Assembly: GCF_036365525.1 (NCBI RefSeq)
Contig: NW_027141363.1
Coordinates: 124,001-188,000, forward strand
From: Heterodontus francisci
Taxonomy: Eukaryota
DNA length: 64,000 nt
Reading direction: 5' to 3'
Shown: positions 49,780 to 62,674 of the stretch, in pieces
How the letters are laid out: every line of letters begins with the position of its first letter
How positions within the stretch are numbered: the first letter of the stretch is position 1
Program-made: the position numbers and the translations under genes
Notes under the pieces: model-generated
The model's database searches: none
The model's input: only the letters and a program-made list of their open reading frames with translations
What the model was told of the DNA's origin: nothing

Positions 49780-50999
49780 CTGGGGGAAGAGACCGGGAGA
49801 GAAGAAAGTCAGTGAACATGGACAATCTGGGATGTGAAGAATGAAGGAAGAAGAGAAAGATAGAGAGAAAGAAAATAAGAAAGAGAGCTGTTAATAAAAA
49901 CAATGGGGGTGTGGGGTGGTGGTGAGAAAGATCCTTTACTTTGAAATAAGACCATGAGACTCAGTAACAGATACATCTTCCACTGGAAGCTTATCCTGCA
50001 ATTGGGAAATCAGTGGAAAGAAGACAGTTGAGTCTTGTGAGGAGCCACATGTAGACTCAAGCAAGTGATTCAGGTTTGCACAACACCTCCCTCCCTGATG
50101 GGGAACCCACGCCCCTCTCTCTACCATTGGCTGCCAGTAGTTGCTGTGGCATTTATTGGTATCATTCTGCTGCTGAGGTTGTTGTTGTATTTGCTGGTGT
50201 TTTTCTCCGACTGAGGTTGTTGAATTTGTTGGTGTTTGAATCTCCTGCTGATCTGTTGTTGAATTTGTTGGCCTTGTTCTCCTGCTGAGGTAGTTGTTGT
50301 GTTGGTTGGTGTTTTCCCTGCTGAGGTTTTTGTTGTACTTGTTGTTTTCTTCCCTGTTTAAATTGTTGTTCAATTTGGTTTTTGCATGTTGAGGTTGTTG
50401 ATGTATTTTTGGTGCGGTTATTTTCTATTTTTTAATTCATTCATGGGATTTTGGGCGATGCTGGTTGAGGTCAGCATTTATTGTCCATCCCTAATTGCCC
50501 CTTGAGAAGGTGGTGGTGAGCTGCCTTCGTGAACCACTGCAGTCCATGTAGTGTAGGTACACCCACAGTGCTGTTAGGAAGGGAGTTTCAGGATTTTGAC
50601 CCAGCGACAATGAAGGAACGGTGATATAGTTCCAAGTCACGATGGTGTGTGACTTGGAGGGGACCTTGCAGGCGGTGGTGTCCCCATGATTCTGCTGCCC
50701 TTGTCCATCTAGTTGGTAGAGGCCGCGGGTTTGGAAGGTGCTGTCGAAGGAGCCTTGGTGCATTACTGCAGTGCTTTTTGCAGCTGGTACATACTGCTTC
50801 CACTGTGCGTCGGTGGTGGTGGGAGTGAATATTTAAGGTGATGTTTGTTTAGTTAGATTCCCCCAGAAGCTGTGGTGGGATTTGACCTCCTGTGCTCTGG
50901 ATTATTCAGTCGAGGCCTCTGGATTACTAGTCCCAGTAACATAACAGCTATACTACCATACCCCCAAAGACTGGGGGAAGGTGTATTACATCATTCCCG

Positions 51000-51316
51000 A
51001 GTTTATGCCGTGTTTCCTTGCATTCTAGTTACACTGTGTGTGTACTTGTGAGCCGCGCAGTAGTAAGTGATGTTGTCTTGTGCACGGGAGCTTTTCAAGG
51101 ACAGAGTCAAAGTGTTGGCTTGAGTCTCGTGCTGGGTTTCAATCCTTTTCCTGCATTTAGATGCAGAAAGTACACGCTATCTAATCCATTCCAGGCAGTC
51201 ACCAATCTGCAAGTACCAGTCCATACCAGTCATGTTGCTCTGCCCAATACTGCTGTGGAACGTGGTTACCTCCCCAGGAACCAGGACGTTGGCCGCCGGG
51301 GACTGGAGAACCATCT
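51000..51316 (-). pseudogene. V pseudogene V16 (paralog of V14) with 23-RSS 51000-51038
   Basis: MVLQSPAANVLVPGEVTTFHSSIGQSNMTGMDWYLQIGDCLEWIR*..DNITYYCAAHK; Cys23 lost; nonamer GCATAAACT. Confidence 0.85.
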
Positions 51317-51867
51317 AACATCTGACAAGATTCTTCACACAGGATGGCAGATCAATGGGGAGAGAACGATAGAGGGTTACAGGGAGGGACAGAGGCAAAA
51401 GCAGAAGAAAGGGATTAAGAAGGAGACAAAATAATTTCCTCCAGTCACGCTGCTGCCTTCACACTTATATTTGCTCGACAGGTTAAGCCCAATTATAAAT
51501 CAGATTTATTACATTGATAAAACTATAAATGCGCCAAACCCGGAAGGATGAACACAAACCAGCTCAGTCTGCATCTGAGAAAGAGGAAAATTGGTAATGT
51601 TTAAGGATGATACTCTGTTAAAAGAATCCTAACTGCTGTTCAGATCAAGGAACAGTAAATTATTTCAGTTTGGTTGACGAGCTGATGATGTATAACAATG
51701 CATAAAGTAACTATTACGAACATTAATTTCATCAACAATGGTACCAAATGGGGATAGTGGTGTTTCCTGTCTTAAAGGTGGAAAGCAGAAATATGGAATG
51801 GCAAGGAATCATGACCAGTATCTCCGAATAACACTTCAGTATCTTCTGTCAGCAGATCTCTAACTAG

Positions 51868-52189
51868 TTTGGTTGAGTTTAGAGATAGAGCACTGAAACA
51901 GGCCCTTCTACCCACCGAGTCTGTGCCGACCATCAACCACCCATTTATACGAATCCGATACTAATTCCATATTCCTACCACATTCCCACCTGTCCCTATA
52001 TTCCCCTACCACCTACCTATACAAGGGGCAAATATATAATGGCCAATTAACCTATCAACCAGCAAGTCTTTGGCATGTGGGAGGAAACCGGAGCACCCGG
52101 AGGAAACCCACGCAGACACAGGGAGAACTTGCAAACTCCACACAGGCAGTACCCAGAATTGAACCCGGGTCGCTGGAGCTGTGAGGCTG
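51868..52189 (-). mobile_element. V-SINE (HE1-like), 5'-truncated
   Basis: Reverse complement of the V-domain and B-box; absent at the paralogous site near 46075. Confidence 0.8.
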
Positions 52190-54668
52190 GATCTGTGAGA
52201 TTCGTTTCAGAGGAGGAGGCTCGTTATAAGCAATGTGATCAAACCGCCCCGCTACTGTGGAAACTGCAGACAGGTCGAATAACCACTGTCTCTGGCATTG
52301 TATTCCATACAGAGCACCCTCTGGCCACATCATACCAACAAAATCTTAGAGGGCAACAGAGCTGGACAGGCAGAGGCCATCCCAGGGAAACCCACATAGG
52401 GAGAGATAAAGAACGAGTGAGAGAGAGAGGACAGCTGAGAGGGAGCAAGGGAGAGGTAGAGTGAGGCAAAGACAGAGAGAGAGAGACAGACTGATCAACA
52501 AAGCCACTGAGAGATGGAATGATTCAGGGAAAATTAGTTCGAAAGAGAGAGAGAGAGAGAGAGATTGAGAGAACGAGTGACAGATAGAGAGAATGAGGCA
52601 ATAGGAGGTGTACAGAAAGACAGGGAGAGACAGAGACAGAGCGACACAGAGGCTGAAAATGAGAGGAGATTGTAAGAATTAATGAGAGAGAGAGAGAGAA
52701 TAAGAGTGAGTGTGTGTGAGAGTGAAATGGAGACAGACAGCAAGAGTAAGCAAGGAAATGAGAGGCGGGAAAGAGAGGGGAAGGATAGAAGAGAGTGAGA
52801 TAAAGAGAGAGAATGAGATTGGGTGCGTGTGTGAGAGACAGAAAGAGCAACAGAGCAGAGAGGAAATGAGAGAAGGAAGGAGAGACAGTGATAAAGAGAG
52901 AGAATGAGAATGTGTGAGAGAGGAAAGGTAACAAGAGCAACAGAGAGAGAGAAACAGACATGAAGAGAGAGAGCCAAGAAACAATTTTACTGAACAATGT
53001 TAACCTTTTTAAAAAATCAATATTGGTGAAGTCTGCTGTTCCCCTGGAGGAGAAACCCCCCCCCCCCCCCCACAAAATACAAAAACAACGGCAGCAGAAT
53101 AAAAATACGAACAAATTGAACAATAACTTCAACAGGAGGAAAGAAAAACAACAATAAATTCAATAACAACCTCAACAAGAAAGACACAAACAAATTCAAC
53201 AACAACCTCAACAGGAAATAGCACAAATAAATACAACAACTTAAAGAGGAAAAAGTACCAACAAATTCAACAACAACTTCAACAGGAAAAGCACCAACAA
53301 GTTCAACAACAAATTCAAATGGGAAAATACCAACAAATTCAACAACAACTTTAACAGGAGAAAAACACCTCCAAGTTCAACAACAAACTCAACAGGAAAA
53401 ACGCCAACAAATTCAACAACAACCTCAACAGGAAAAACAGCAACAAAGTCAACAACTTCAGCGGGAGGAAACACCAACAAAGTCAACAACAACTTCAGCA
53501 GGAGAAAAACAGCAAATTCAACAGAAACTTCAGCAGGAGAAAAACACCAACAGATTCAACAACAACTTCAGCAGGATCTGCACGTTGTCTGTTCATGGGA
53601 TCTTGCCTTTTAGAAAGTGACTGCCACTGTTCCTACATTACAGCAGTGGCCGTACTTCGAAACAGTAGCAAAGAATATGGGAATAGCAAAACATGCGAGA
53701 TCTTGGGCTTCATAAATAGAGCCATTGAGTGCAAAAACTGGGAAGTTATGCTGAACCTTTATAAAGCTCTGGTTAGGCCACAACTGCAAACTTGCATCCA
53801 GTTCTGGTCACCACACTTTAGGAAGGAGGTGAGGTTCCTTGAGAGGGTGCAGAGGAGATTTACCAGAATCGTTCCAGGAATGGAGGATTTTAGTTGCAAG
53901 GTTAGGTTGGAGAAGCTGGGGTTGTTCTCCCTGGAGAAACTGAGATTGCGTGGAGACCTGATAGAGGTGTACAAGATTGTGACAGGTTTAGATAAAGATT
54001 ACAAAGAAAAGCTGCTCCTCACCCAGGAGTCAGTCCCCAGCTCCACTGACTAGTCCCACAGTGTTGGTGTTCCTGCTCTTCGCTCCAGCTGCAAGGAATT
54101 TACAGCCCGACACGTCCTTGCCGACCTTTTTGGTCCACACGAACGTCGTTCCACGCCCTCTTCATCTCGCCCCCAGCCACATCTCCTTCTGTTCCTCTCT
54201 CCCTCATGTCCTATCCAACTGCCCCCCTCCCCCCCAGCTTAAATACATCTTCCCTATTCCTTTCATCCTGTGGTACTGAGTTCCACATTCTCCCCACTCT
54301 CTGGGTGAAGATGTTTCTCTCAAATTTCCAATTGGATGTTTTGGTGACTGTATTATATTGACGCACCTGCCCCGTTTTTACTGGTCTCACCCGCAAATGC
54401 AAACATTTTTCTCTACATTTATCTGATCAAGACCCCTTTCATCATCTTAAATAGCTCGATCAGGTCACTCCTCAGCCTTCTCTTTTCTAGAGAAAAGAGC
54501 CCCAGTCTGTTCAGTCTTTTCCTGATCATTATAACCTCTCACTTCTCGTATCATCCCTGAACATCTTTCTGTGTCTTCTTCATGTCGAAGACATGTTCAC
54601 ACTGCAGTAGGTAAACCCAACAGGATACAGAGCTGCAGGCTTTTATCTGAAACAGGTGTTTCTGTTGG

Positions 54669-54857
54669 TGTTTTTGTTGAACTGCTCCATCTCTCTGAGT
54701 CACTGTGCAGACTCCAGGCACAGCAATGCATGGCCGAGTGATTCTCCCACAGGCTGGAGGACTCCAGGTTGAACTGGGCGTCAGTCGGTCACTTGGCGCT
54801 GAAACCCCCCACCGTCCCCTCTGAAATCACACTTGGTACAGCTGGGGAGTAAAACAT
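54669..54857 (-). pseudogene. 5'-truncated V pseudogene V17 with 23-RSS 54669-54707
   Basis: MFYSPAVPSVISEGTVGGFSAK*PTDAQFNLESSSLWENHSAMHCCAWSL; CACAGTG-23-ACAAAAACA. Confidence 0.88.
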
Positions 54858-55369
54858 TATTTTGAAATAAGACCATGAGACTCAGTAACAGATACATCTT
54901 CCACTGGAAGCTTATCCTGCAATTGGAAAATCAGTGGAAAGAAGAGAGTTGAGTCTTGTGAGAAGCCACATGAAGATTCAAGCAAGTGATTCAGGTTTGC
55001 ACAACACCTCCCTCCCTGATGGGAAACCCACGCCCCTCTCTCTACCATTGGCTGCCAGTAGTTGTTGTTGCATTTGTTGGTATAATTTTGAAGTTGTTGT
55101 TGTATTTGTTATTGTATTTGCTGGTGTTTTTCTCCAACTGAGGTTGTTGAATTTGCTGGTGTTTGAATCTCCTGCTGATCTGTTGTTGAATTTGTTGACG
55201 CTGTTCTCCTGCTGAGGTAGTTGTTGTTTTTGTTGGTGTTTTCCCTGCTGAGGTTTTTGTCGTACTTCTTGTTTCCTTCCCTGCTTAAGTTGTTGAATTT
55301 TTTTTATGTTGAGGTTGTTGTTTTAATTTGCAGTTTTTTTCCCTGCTGAGGTTATTTTCCGTTTTTTAG

Positions 55370-56310
55370 CTCATTCATGGGATTTTGGGCGATGCTGGTT
55401 GAGGCCAACAATTATTGTCCATCCCTAATTGCCCCTTGAGAAGGTGGTGGTGAGCTGCCTTCTTGAACCGCTGCAGTCCATGTGGGGTGGGTACACCCAC
55501 AGTGCTGTTAGGAAGGGAGTTCCAGGATTTTGACCCACAGTTAGTGAAGGAACAGCCGATATAGTTCCAAGTCAGGATGGTGTGTGACTTGGAGGGGAAC
55601 CTGCAAGTGGTGGTGTTCCCATGCATCTGCTGCCCTTGTCCTTCTAGGTGGTAGAGGTTGCGGGTTTGGAAGGTGTTGACGGAGGGAGCCTTGGTGCATT
55701 GCTGCAGTCGATCTTGTAGATGGTACACACTGCTGACACTATGCATCAGTGGTTGAGGGAGTGAATGTTTGTAGATGGGGTGCCAATCAAGCGGGCTGCT
55801 TTGTCCCGGATGGTGTCGAGCTTCTTGAGTGTTGTTGGAGCTGCACCCATCCAGGCAAATGGACAGTATTCCATCACACTCCTGACTTGTGCCTTGTGGA
55901 TGGTGGACAGGCTTTGGGGAGTCAGGAGGCGAGTTACTCGCCGCATGATTCCTAGCCTCTGACCTGCTCTTGTAGCCACAGTATTTATACGGCTACTCCA
56001 GTTCAGATTCTGTTCAATGGCAATCCCCAGGATGTTGATAGTGGGGGATTCAGCGATGGTAATGCCATTGAATGTCAAAGGGAGATGGTTATATTCTCTC
56101 CTGTTGTAGATGGTCAATGCGTGGCACTTGTGTGGTGCGAATGTCAGGATTATCAGCCCAAGCCTGGATGTTGTCCAGGTCTTGCTACATCTGAACACGG
56201 GCTGCTTCAGAATCTGAGCTGTCGCAAATGATGCTGAACATTGTGAAATCATCAGTGAACATCCCCACTCTGAGCTTATGATTGAAGGGAATTTCATTTA
56301 TGAAGCAGTT
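55370..56310 (-). mobile_element. HHHLL-family LINE, longest RT C-terminal fragment
   Basis: MFTDD..., ESPTINILGI, RAGQRLGI and IHKAQVRSVMEY motifs in ORFs 55375-55746, 55746-56297 and 56185-56373. Confidence 0.85.
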
Positions 56311-56711
56311 GGAGATGGTGGAACAGGACGTACCCGGGGATGGCGATAGCGAGCTCTGTGACATTGTCTGCAAGGCATGATTCCCTGAGTATGACTATGT
56401 CAGGTTGTTGCTTGACAGCTCTCCCAACCTTGGCACAAGGCCCGAAATGTTGGTAAGGAGGACCGTGCAGATTCAATTTGTTGTTGCATCTGCTGCTGTG
56501 TTTCACCTGCTGAAGTTGTCTTTGTTGCTTTTCTCCTCCTGACGCACTTCTTGAATTCTGTTGGTGTTTTTTTCTCCTCCTGACATTGGTTGGTGAGCTT
56601 TTTTTTGCCAACGTTGCTTCTGAATTTGTTGGTGTTTTCCCTCGCTGAGGCTGTTGTTGAATTTGTTGATGCTTTTCGTGCTGAGGTTTTTGTTGCATTT
56701 GTTGTATTGCC

Positions 56712-57070
56712 CAGAGGAGGTTACAGAGATAAGGAGGGTTGTAGGGCTGGAGGAGGTTACAGTGATAGGGAGTATTGTAGGGGCTGGAGGAGGTTACAGT
56801 GATAGGGAGTATTGTAGGGGCTGGAGGAAGTGACAGAGAGAGGGAGGGATGTAGGGCTCGAGGAGGTTTCAGAGATAGAGAGGATTGTCGGGGCTGGAGG
56901 AGGTTACAGAAATAGGGAAGCTTGTCGGGGGCTGGAGCGGGTTACGGAGATAGGGAGGGTTGCATTACCTTAAGCAGGATACAGACATAGGGAGGATTGG
57001 AGGAGCTGGAGGAGGTTACAGAGATAGGGTGGGTTGTAGGGGCTGGAGGAGGTTACAGAGACAGGGATAA
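56712..57070 (+). repeat. 37-bp G-rich minisatellite (gaggaggttacagagatagggagggttgtaggggctg)
   Basis: About 9 degenerate units read directly. Confidence 0.85.
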
Positions 57071-58249
57071 TTGTCACTGTTCATCGAGTGTACTCAGTGT
57101 TAACCCCAGTATCATTCTGGTGAATCTCAGCTGTATCTGGTCTAAGGCAAACAGCTGCTTGTTGAGGAAGGTGCCCAGACTGTGTGCAATATTCCAGATG
57201 TAGTCTAACCAGAGCCTCCTACAACTGTGGCATTACCTCCAAACCCTTTGTATTGTAGCTTCTTCCATTAATCACACGTTCCATAATGCATGACTGGATG
57301 CACGCATACACCACACACACACTCCCAACTCTCTCTCCCCCACCCCCTCTCTCTCCTCAGTTTGTTTGACTATGTTGTTAGTTGTGCATCTTTGTCCTTC
57401 AGCTGATCGTATCTGAGCCTCTGATATGAAGAGTCTATTGTTCTCAGTCCTTGACAAACACAACAGCTTCCTGCTTTGTAAAAGTTGACATTATCCTAGT
57501 TGACACACGGCACAACATTCAAATCTGTTAGTCCCAGGGAATGCAAATATCAAAGCCGGCTCAGAAGTGTTAATGAGTCCATTGTGGGACTGAATGAATA
57601 TCTGACAACCTGGCATGGACTCAGGGGCACTGACAGAATCAGCAATCCAGAGAGAATGGAAACTGTGGAAACTATCAAGGACTAGGCGTTGGACATGGGC
57701 TGGTTGGAACTGAGATGCACATTCAGACGCCCCTTTTCACAGGCACAGGTAACATTGAATAACAATGTGCTGCAAGGTGATTGTGATTACTGAGGGGACA
57801 GTGACATTGTGATTCTGTCACAGGAATATTATCTGGAGCCCTGGACTGACTGCACTGCCCAATGTGCTAATGATCTAACAGAGAAATGTGGGGACAGACG
57901 AATCCCACCCCATCAGAAACAAATCCTCGAATAGTCCAACAGAGGGAGGCCATTCGGCCCATCGAGGGTTTGTCATCTCTTTCGAAAATCAACCCAGTTA
58001 ATCCAACTCCCCACACTTTCACACATAATTCCCTCATTTAATTCCCCTTCAAGTATTGAGCCAATTCCCTTTTTGAATAATACCATTGAATTTCCACCAC
58101 CCTATCAGACATTGCCCTCCAAATCCAAACCACTCATGATATTAAAAAACATTTATCCTCATGTCACCTCTGGTACCTTTGCCCATCACATTAAAGCTGT
58201 GCCCTCTGGTGATCTATCGAATCTCCCCTTAACCTTCTCTACTCTAAGG

Positions 58250-58580
58250 AGAACTCCCCTTTCTAGCCCAGTCTTTTTACTTGACTGAAATTCCTCACCA
58301 ACTGAACCATCCGAGAAATTTTCTTCTGCATCCTCTCCAAAGCCTACAGGTCTTTCCTAAAGTGTGGTGCCCAGAATTGGGCACAATGTTCCAACAGGGA
58401 CCGAACTGGTGTTTTATACAGGTTTGGCATGACTCCCGGAGTTTTGTACTCGACCTCTCTATTTCCAAAGCCCAGACTGGAATATGATTTATTAATCGCT
58501 TTCTCAACCTCCTCTGCCACCTTTAAATATTCCTGCACAAGCACCCCCAGGTCTCTCTGTTCTTGCACCACTTCACAAAT
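58250..58580 (-). mobile_element. CR1 LINE fragment
   Basis: QEQRDLGVLV..LYKTPVRSLLEHCAQFWAPHFRKD. Confidence 0.75.
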
Positions 58581-59503
58581 TGTTTTGTTTCATCTCTCCT
58601 CATTCTTGCAGTCAAATTCAAACATATCAAAGACTAATCCCACCCATATCTGGGACAAATTACCTGCTTATTATTATTCGGTCAGTCATGGACAATGGTC
58701 TGCCAGTAACTCTATAAAGTTTACATGCAACACTTTTCCTTCCAAAAAACAACATCCTCGGTGGTTCTTGTATTGGAGTTTATACCTGAAGCCCACTGCT
58801 ATCTCAATTTTGGCAGTTGAGGAGCAGTCAGTGACTGAGACATTAACATCTGGTCAGGGACCCCTCACAATATCCCATGTCCTGAATGCTCAAACACTCT
58901 CTCACTGAGACATTTATGTTCTCCTCATTCTCCTTTGTATGTGTTACTAACGCTGTATCTGTGCTATTTCGGAGATGGTATCACTGTCGCTGATGTGAGG
59001 ATTTCATTGTTCTCATTCTGTGACTATATTCTGAAAAACACAATCATTTACTTTAACCCCAACGACCTCAAGGAGGAAAATGGATGTCCGATCATTTGTC
59101 TCTCCGGAACATCTTGTTTCTCTGCCCCCTCTCATCATCCCCCCAATACTGACCCACTACTGATAAGAGAGGCATGTCTCCTGTGAATATTCTCTCCCTA
59201 ATACTTAATGCCTATGAAAGATCAAATATACACAGCCAACTGGCAAATACTAACTATAATATTCAGAGTCCCAGCCCCAGGCTCCAATCTCCCTACACAC
59301 TCTCTGTTGGGTAACTGAAGACAAGTTATGTTACAACAGCAAAGCCCCGTGGGTTAGCATGGTCCCAGGAGAAATATTAATTTGGTTTATTATGGCAGCT
59401 ACTTTAACCAAAAGGCCTTCGTTTGCATAGATTATGTAATGTCATTCATCATTACTAAATGTTAATATTTCAGCCAACCAGCACTGCAGTCAATCCGTCG
59501 TGG

Positions 59504-59635
59504 TGTATATAGGGGTTGGAGCTGACACTGAGACTGACACTGTTCACAGCAGAGTGGACCCGAGACTGAGGAGCAAGCAGCTGGAACTGAACCGACAACA
59601 TCTCCCACCCAGTGACACCTCCATTGGAGACTCTG
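59504..59635 (+). promoter_or_regulatory. Candidate TATA box and non-coding first exon of the D8C/D10C gene
   Basis: TATATA near 59506, donor G|GTAAG at 59635/59636, acceptor tttccag at 60061-60067 before the ATG exon. Confidence 0.4.
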
Positions 59636-60082
59636 GTAAGCAGTCGGGTGTGGGAGGACTGTTAGAAAAAGCAAAGGAGTTTGTCACTTGCTAGGTGTTG
59701 ACCCAAGGACTGTGTGTCCTGCTTCTCCTGAAACAACACCATCTCCATGAATAACCTTTGTCAGAAATTCAAAGAGGTTCGTTACAGGGATGCAGGAGAC
59801 AGACCTGGAGGAGAGAGTCAGGAACACATGTGGTTTATTCATAAAAGTTTTGGAGAGTGGAAAGGGTGAAGGATTGGAGTCAAGTTCCTGATGTTTAACA
59901 AGAACATGTAGCTGAACTCTCCTCTGTCTCTAAGAGCCCCAGTGAGAGAGCGATAATTAGATGGAGCTCACTCTCTGAACTCCTCGGCAACTCCCTATTT
60001 TATATTCCCTCCAATTTCCCTACTCGGTAATCTCTCTCAAATGTTTGTCTTGTGTTTCCCTTTCCAGAATCTCACCAGTAAG

Positions 60083-62674
60083 ATGTGGACTCTGCTGATC
60101 ATTCTGGGTTACCTGTGTGAGTAACTTTCATTCTCGACAAAGTTCACCCCCAGTACAACTGGAACAAGCTGTGCTTATTCACGCCATTAAATAGAATAAT
60201 CTCCCAAATCTGATTGAAGAAATGTCTGACACGGCAGGGAAGGAGATGATTGGAGGTCTGACTGTTAGTTTAAAAGAGCAGACGGAGGTGGAGAGGCAGA
60301 AAGGTTTAGGAGGCTAGACATCTTGAAGCCACATCAGACAGTGTTGGAGGAAAGGGAGTGGAGGGAAGTTCGACAGGAGGCTTGGGTCAGAGAAACAGAG
60401 AGTTGGTGAAGATTACAGAAATGAGGTGGGAGAGGCCGTAGAGGTCATGAAAGAATTTGAACAGGAAGATGGAAATTGTACATCAAAGGCATTTGCAGCT
60501 GTGAACCAATGTGTGTCAGTGAGCACAGGGGTGATGTGTGACTTAAACTTTCTGCAAGATAACATACAACAGCAGTGTGTTGGAGGAGACCTGACTTCTG
60601 GAAAGTGGAAGCTGGGAGGCTGGCCAGGAGAGGATTAGAAGATTTGATTCTCTCGAAGGTTGAGGGTTTTAGGTAGAGGATTGGCTGAGGCAAAATCAGT
60701 GATGGCGGATATTAAGGAGGTTGTAATTGGCTGCCTTTGTGATGAAGAGGCTTCAGGGAAGGAAGCTGGGCTCAGTCGGAAGCAGGGCCGTGTGCTGATG
60801 AGAAATAGGAGAGGGGCAAGATAGATTCTCGGGGTACCCTCGAGGTAACAGTGCCGGAGTGGGTAGGGAAGACACTGCAGGAGATTCTCTGGCTGAGACG
60901 AGGTTGGGTTGAGTGGAAGTAGGTGAGAGCAGTTCCACCCAGCTGGACTTGGAACGAGAGGTGTTGGCAGAGGGTAATGTGGTGAATTGTGTCAAAGACT
61001 GCCGACAGTTCGAGAAGGATGATCAGAAACAGTATTCCTGACTTGGCTCTTGCAGCTTCACTGCTGCTCAAACCCTTCACCAGTTATTTGGCACCTCTAG
61101 ACTTGACTATTCCAAAGACCTCCTGGCTGATCTCTCACATTCCACCTTCCGTACATTGAGGTCATCCAATATGATACTGCCCAAGTCCCATTCTCCTTTC
61201 ATCTCCGTGCTCACTGACCGACACTGGCTCCCGGTTCAGCAAGGCCTGGATTTCAATATTCTCACAATCGTTTTTAGATCCTTCCATCACCTCGCCGTTC
61301 CCTACTGCTGAAATCATCTCCAGCCCCACAACCCTCAGAGATCTCTGCGCTACTCTAATTCAGGCCTCTTGAGTATTCCCGATTTGAATCCCTTCCACCA
61401 TTGGCAGCTGTGCCTTCACCTGCCGAGGCTTAACGCTATGGAATTCTATCCCTCAACTTCTCCGTCTCTCCACCTCTCTTTCATCCTTTCAGAGACTCCT
61501 TAAAACCTCCTCTTTGACATTGCATTTGGCCACCTGCCCTACCAGCTGCTTCTGTGGATCAGTGTCAGTTCGGGATGGTAACACACCGATGAAGTGCCTT
61601 GGGGCATTTTATTCCATCAAAGGCACGACATAAATGCATATTGTTGTTGGTTTTGGGACTAAACGTTCCCTCTCCAGGACCCACCATTCACATTGGGTCG
61701 CTTGTTCTCCACCTGGCAGTTCTCGCTCCTCCTCCACTTTACATCTTTCCGACTGGGACGAAGTGAAGCTGAGATATTTACTGCTTTCTGTTACCTGAGA
61801 GCTGGTGGTTAATCTAGAATAGGGAGGACTGTCTGTGAGCAGTGAGTTAGAGGGGGAGGCTGAGCTGGGAGACAGATGGAAACCCAGTTTAGAGAAGGAG
61901 GAAATTTTCCAGCTTTAATCTGGGGGGTTTTGACCAGGGCGGAGGTTGTAACTGAGATTATTGGTATTTTGGGATGGTGAAAGGCGCTGTGTAACATTAA
62001 CTGTACTTTATATTAACATTAAACATCTTTGTGTCACTCAATCACAGACTCTGCACTCACTGACCCGTGTGTAAATCATACAGTCCTGGACCAGCCCTGG
62101 AGGAGCATCGATTGTACAGGGACTGAGTGCTCCGGTCAGGTGAAGTGTGATCGGTATCTTGTTCAAGGATGGTACAGATTTAACAGGTAATGTAAAGGAA
62201 CAAATTCTGGGTAAATCAGTTAATGAGGGAGGATTAAGGGATTTCCCCCAGTTTCTGGTACTCTCTGCTGGTACCAGTCTCTCTAAAAATTAATATTTAC
62301 CATCAGTTCAAGGACTGACTCTGTGATTGTTGTTTCAGTTCTGGTGGATGGAAGATTCCGGACACTGTTGTCCCAGATAGCCACTGCTCCACAAAGCGTC
62401 CAGGCTGGTTACAGGGTAATTTCAGCCTTTATAATATCAGATTTACATTCACTGTCCAGCACTGTTCACATGGGTTACATTCTTCAATATTTATAAACTC
62501 TCATTTCAGGTTCCCATCCCAGTGTGGGACAGGGGGAAGTAACACGGACAGTTTGTTTCAACAGGGATGGAAATCGCTGCCACAGGACCCAGAAAATAAA
62601 GATCAAAAACTGCAGCAGTTATTTTGTTTATGCGCTGAAGCCTCCACCTGTCTGTAACGCTGCTTATTGCACAG
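60083..62674 (+). CDS. GP2/uromodulin/OIT3-like secreted protein, N-terminal part (signal peptide + D8C/D10C domain); coding exons 60083-60116, 62048-62186, 62339-62415, 62510-62674
   Basis: GT-AG introns with matching phases give MWTLLIILGYLYSALTDPCVNHTVLDQPWRSIDCTGTECSGQVKCDRYLVQGWYRFNSSGGWKIPDTVVPDSHCSTKRPGWLQGSHPSVGQGEVTRTVCFNRDGNRCHRTQKIKIKNCSSYFVYALKPPPVCNAAYCT. The DPC..LD.PWR, CD..GWYRF, WL.G.HP and C..YC motifs are diagnostic. The gene probably continues beyond the window. Confidence 0.9.
60200..61650. mobile_element. L2-type LINE fragments in opposite orientations within an intron
   Basis: LLELSAVFDTIHH and SRVPRESIL on the minus strand; L2 3' end (tctagacttgactattcca) on the plus strand from ~61050. 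Confidence 0.65.

Noticed and set aside
4164-54857. Interpretation as IgH/IgNAR clusters, NAR-TCR, or germline-joined VDJ genes
   Set aside because: No D, J or C segments or 12-RSS were seen between the Vs; each V ends in a free 23-RSS in translocon arrangement with TRBV-like motifs.
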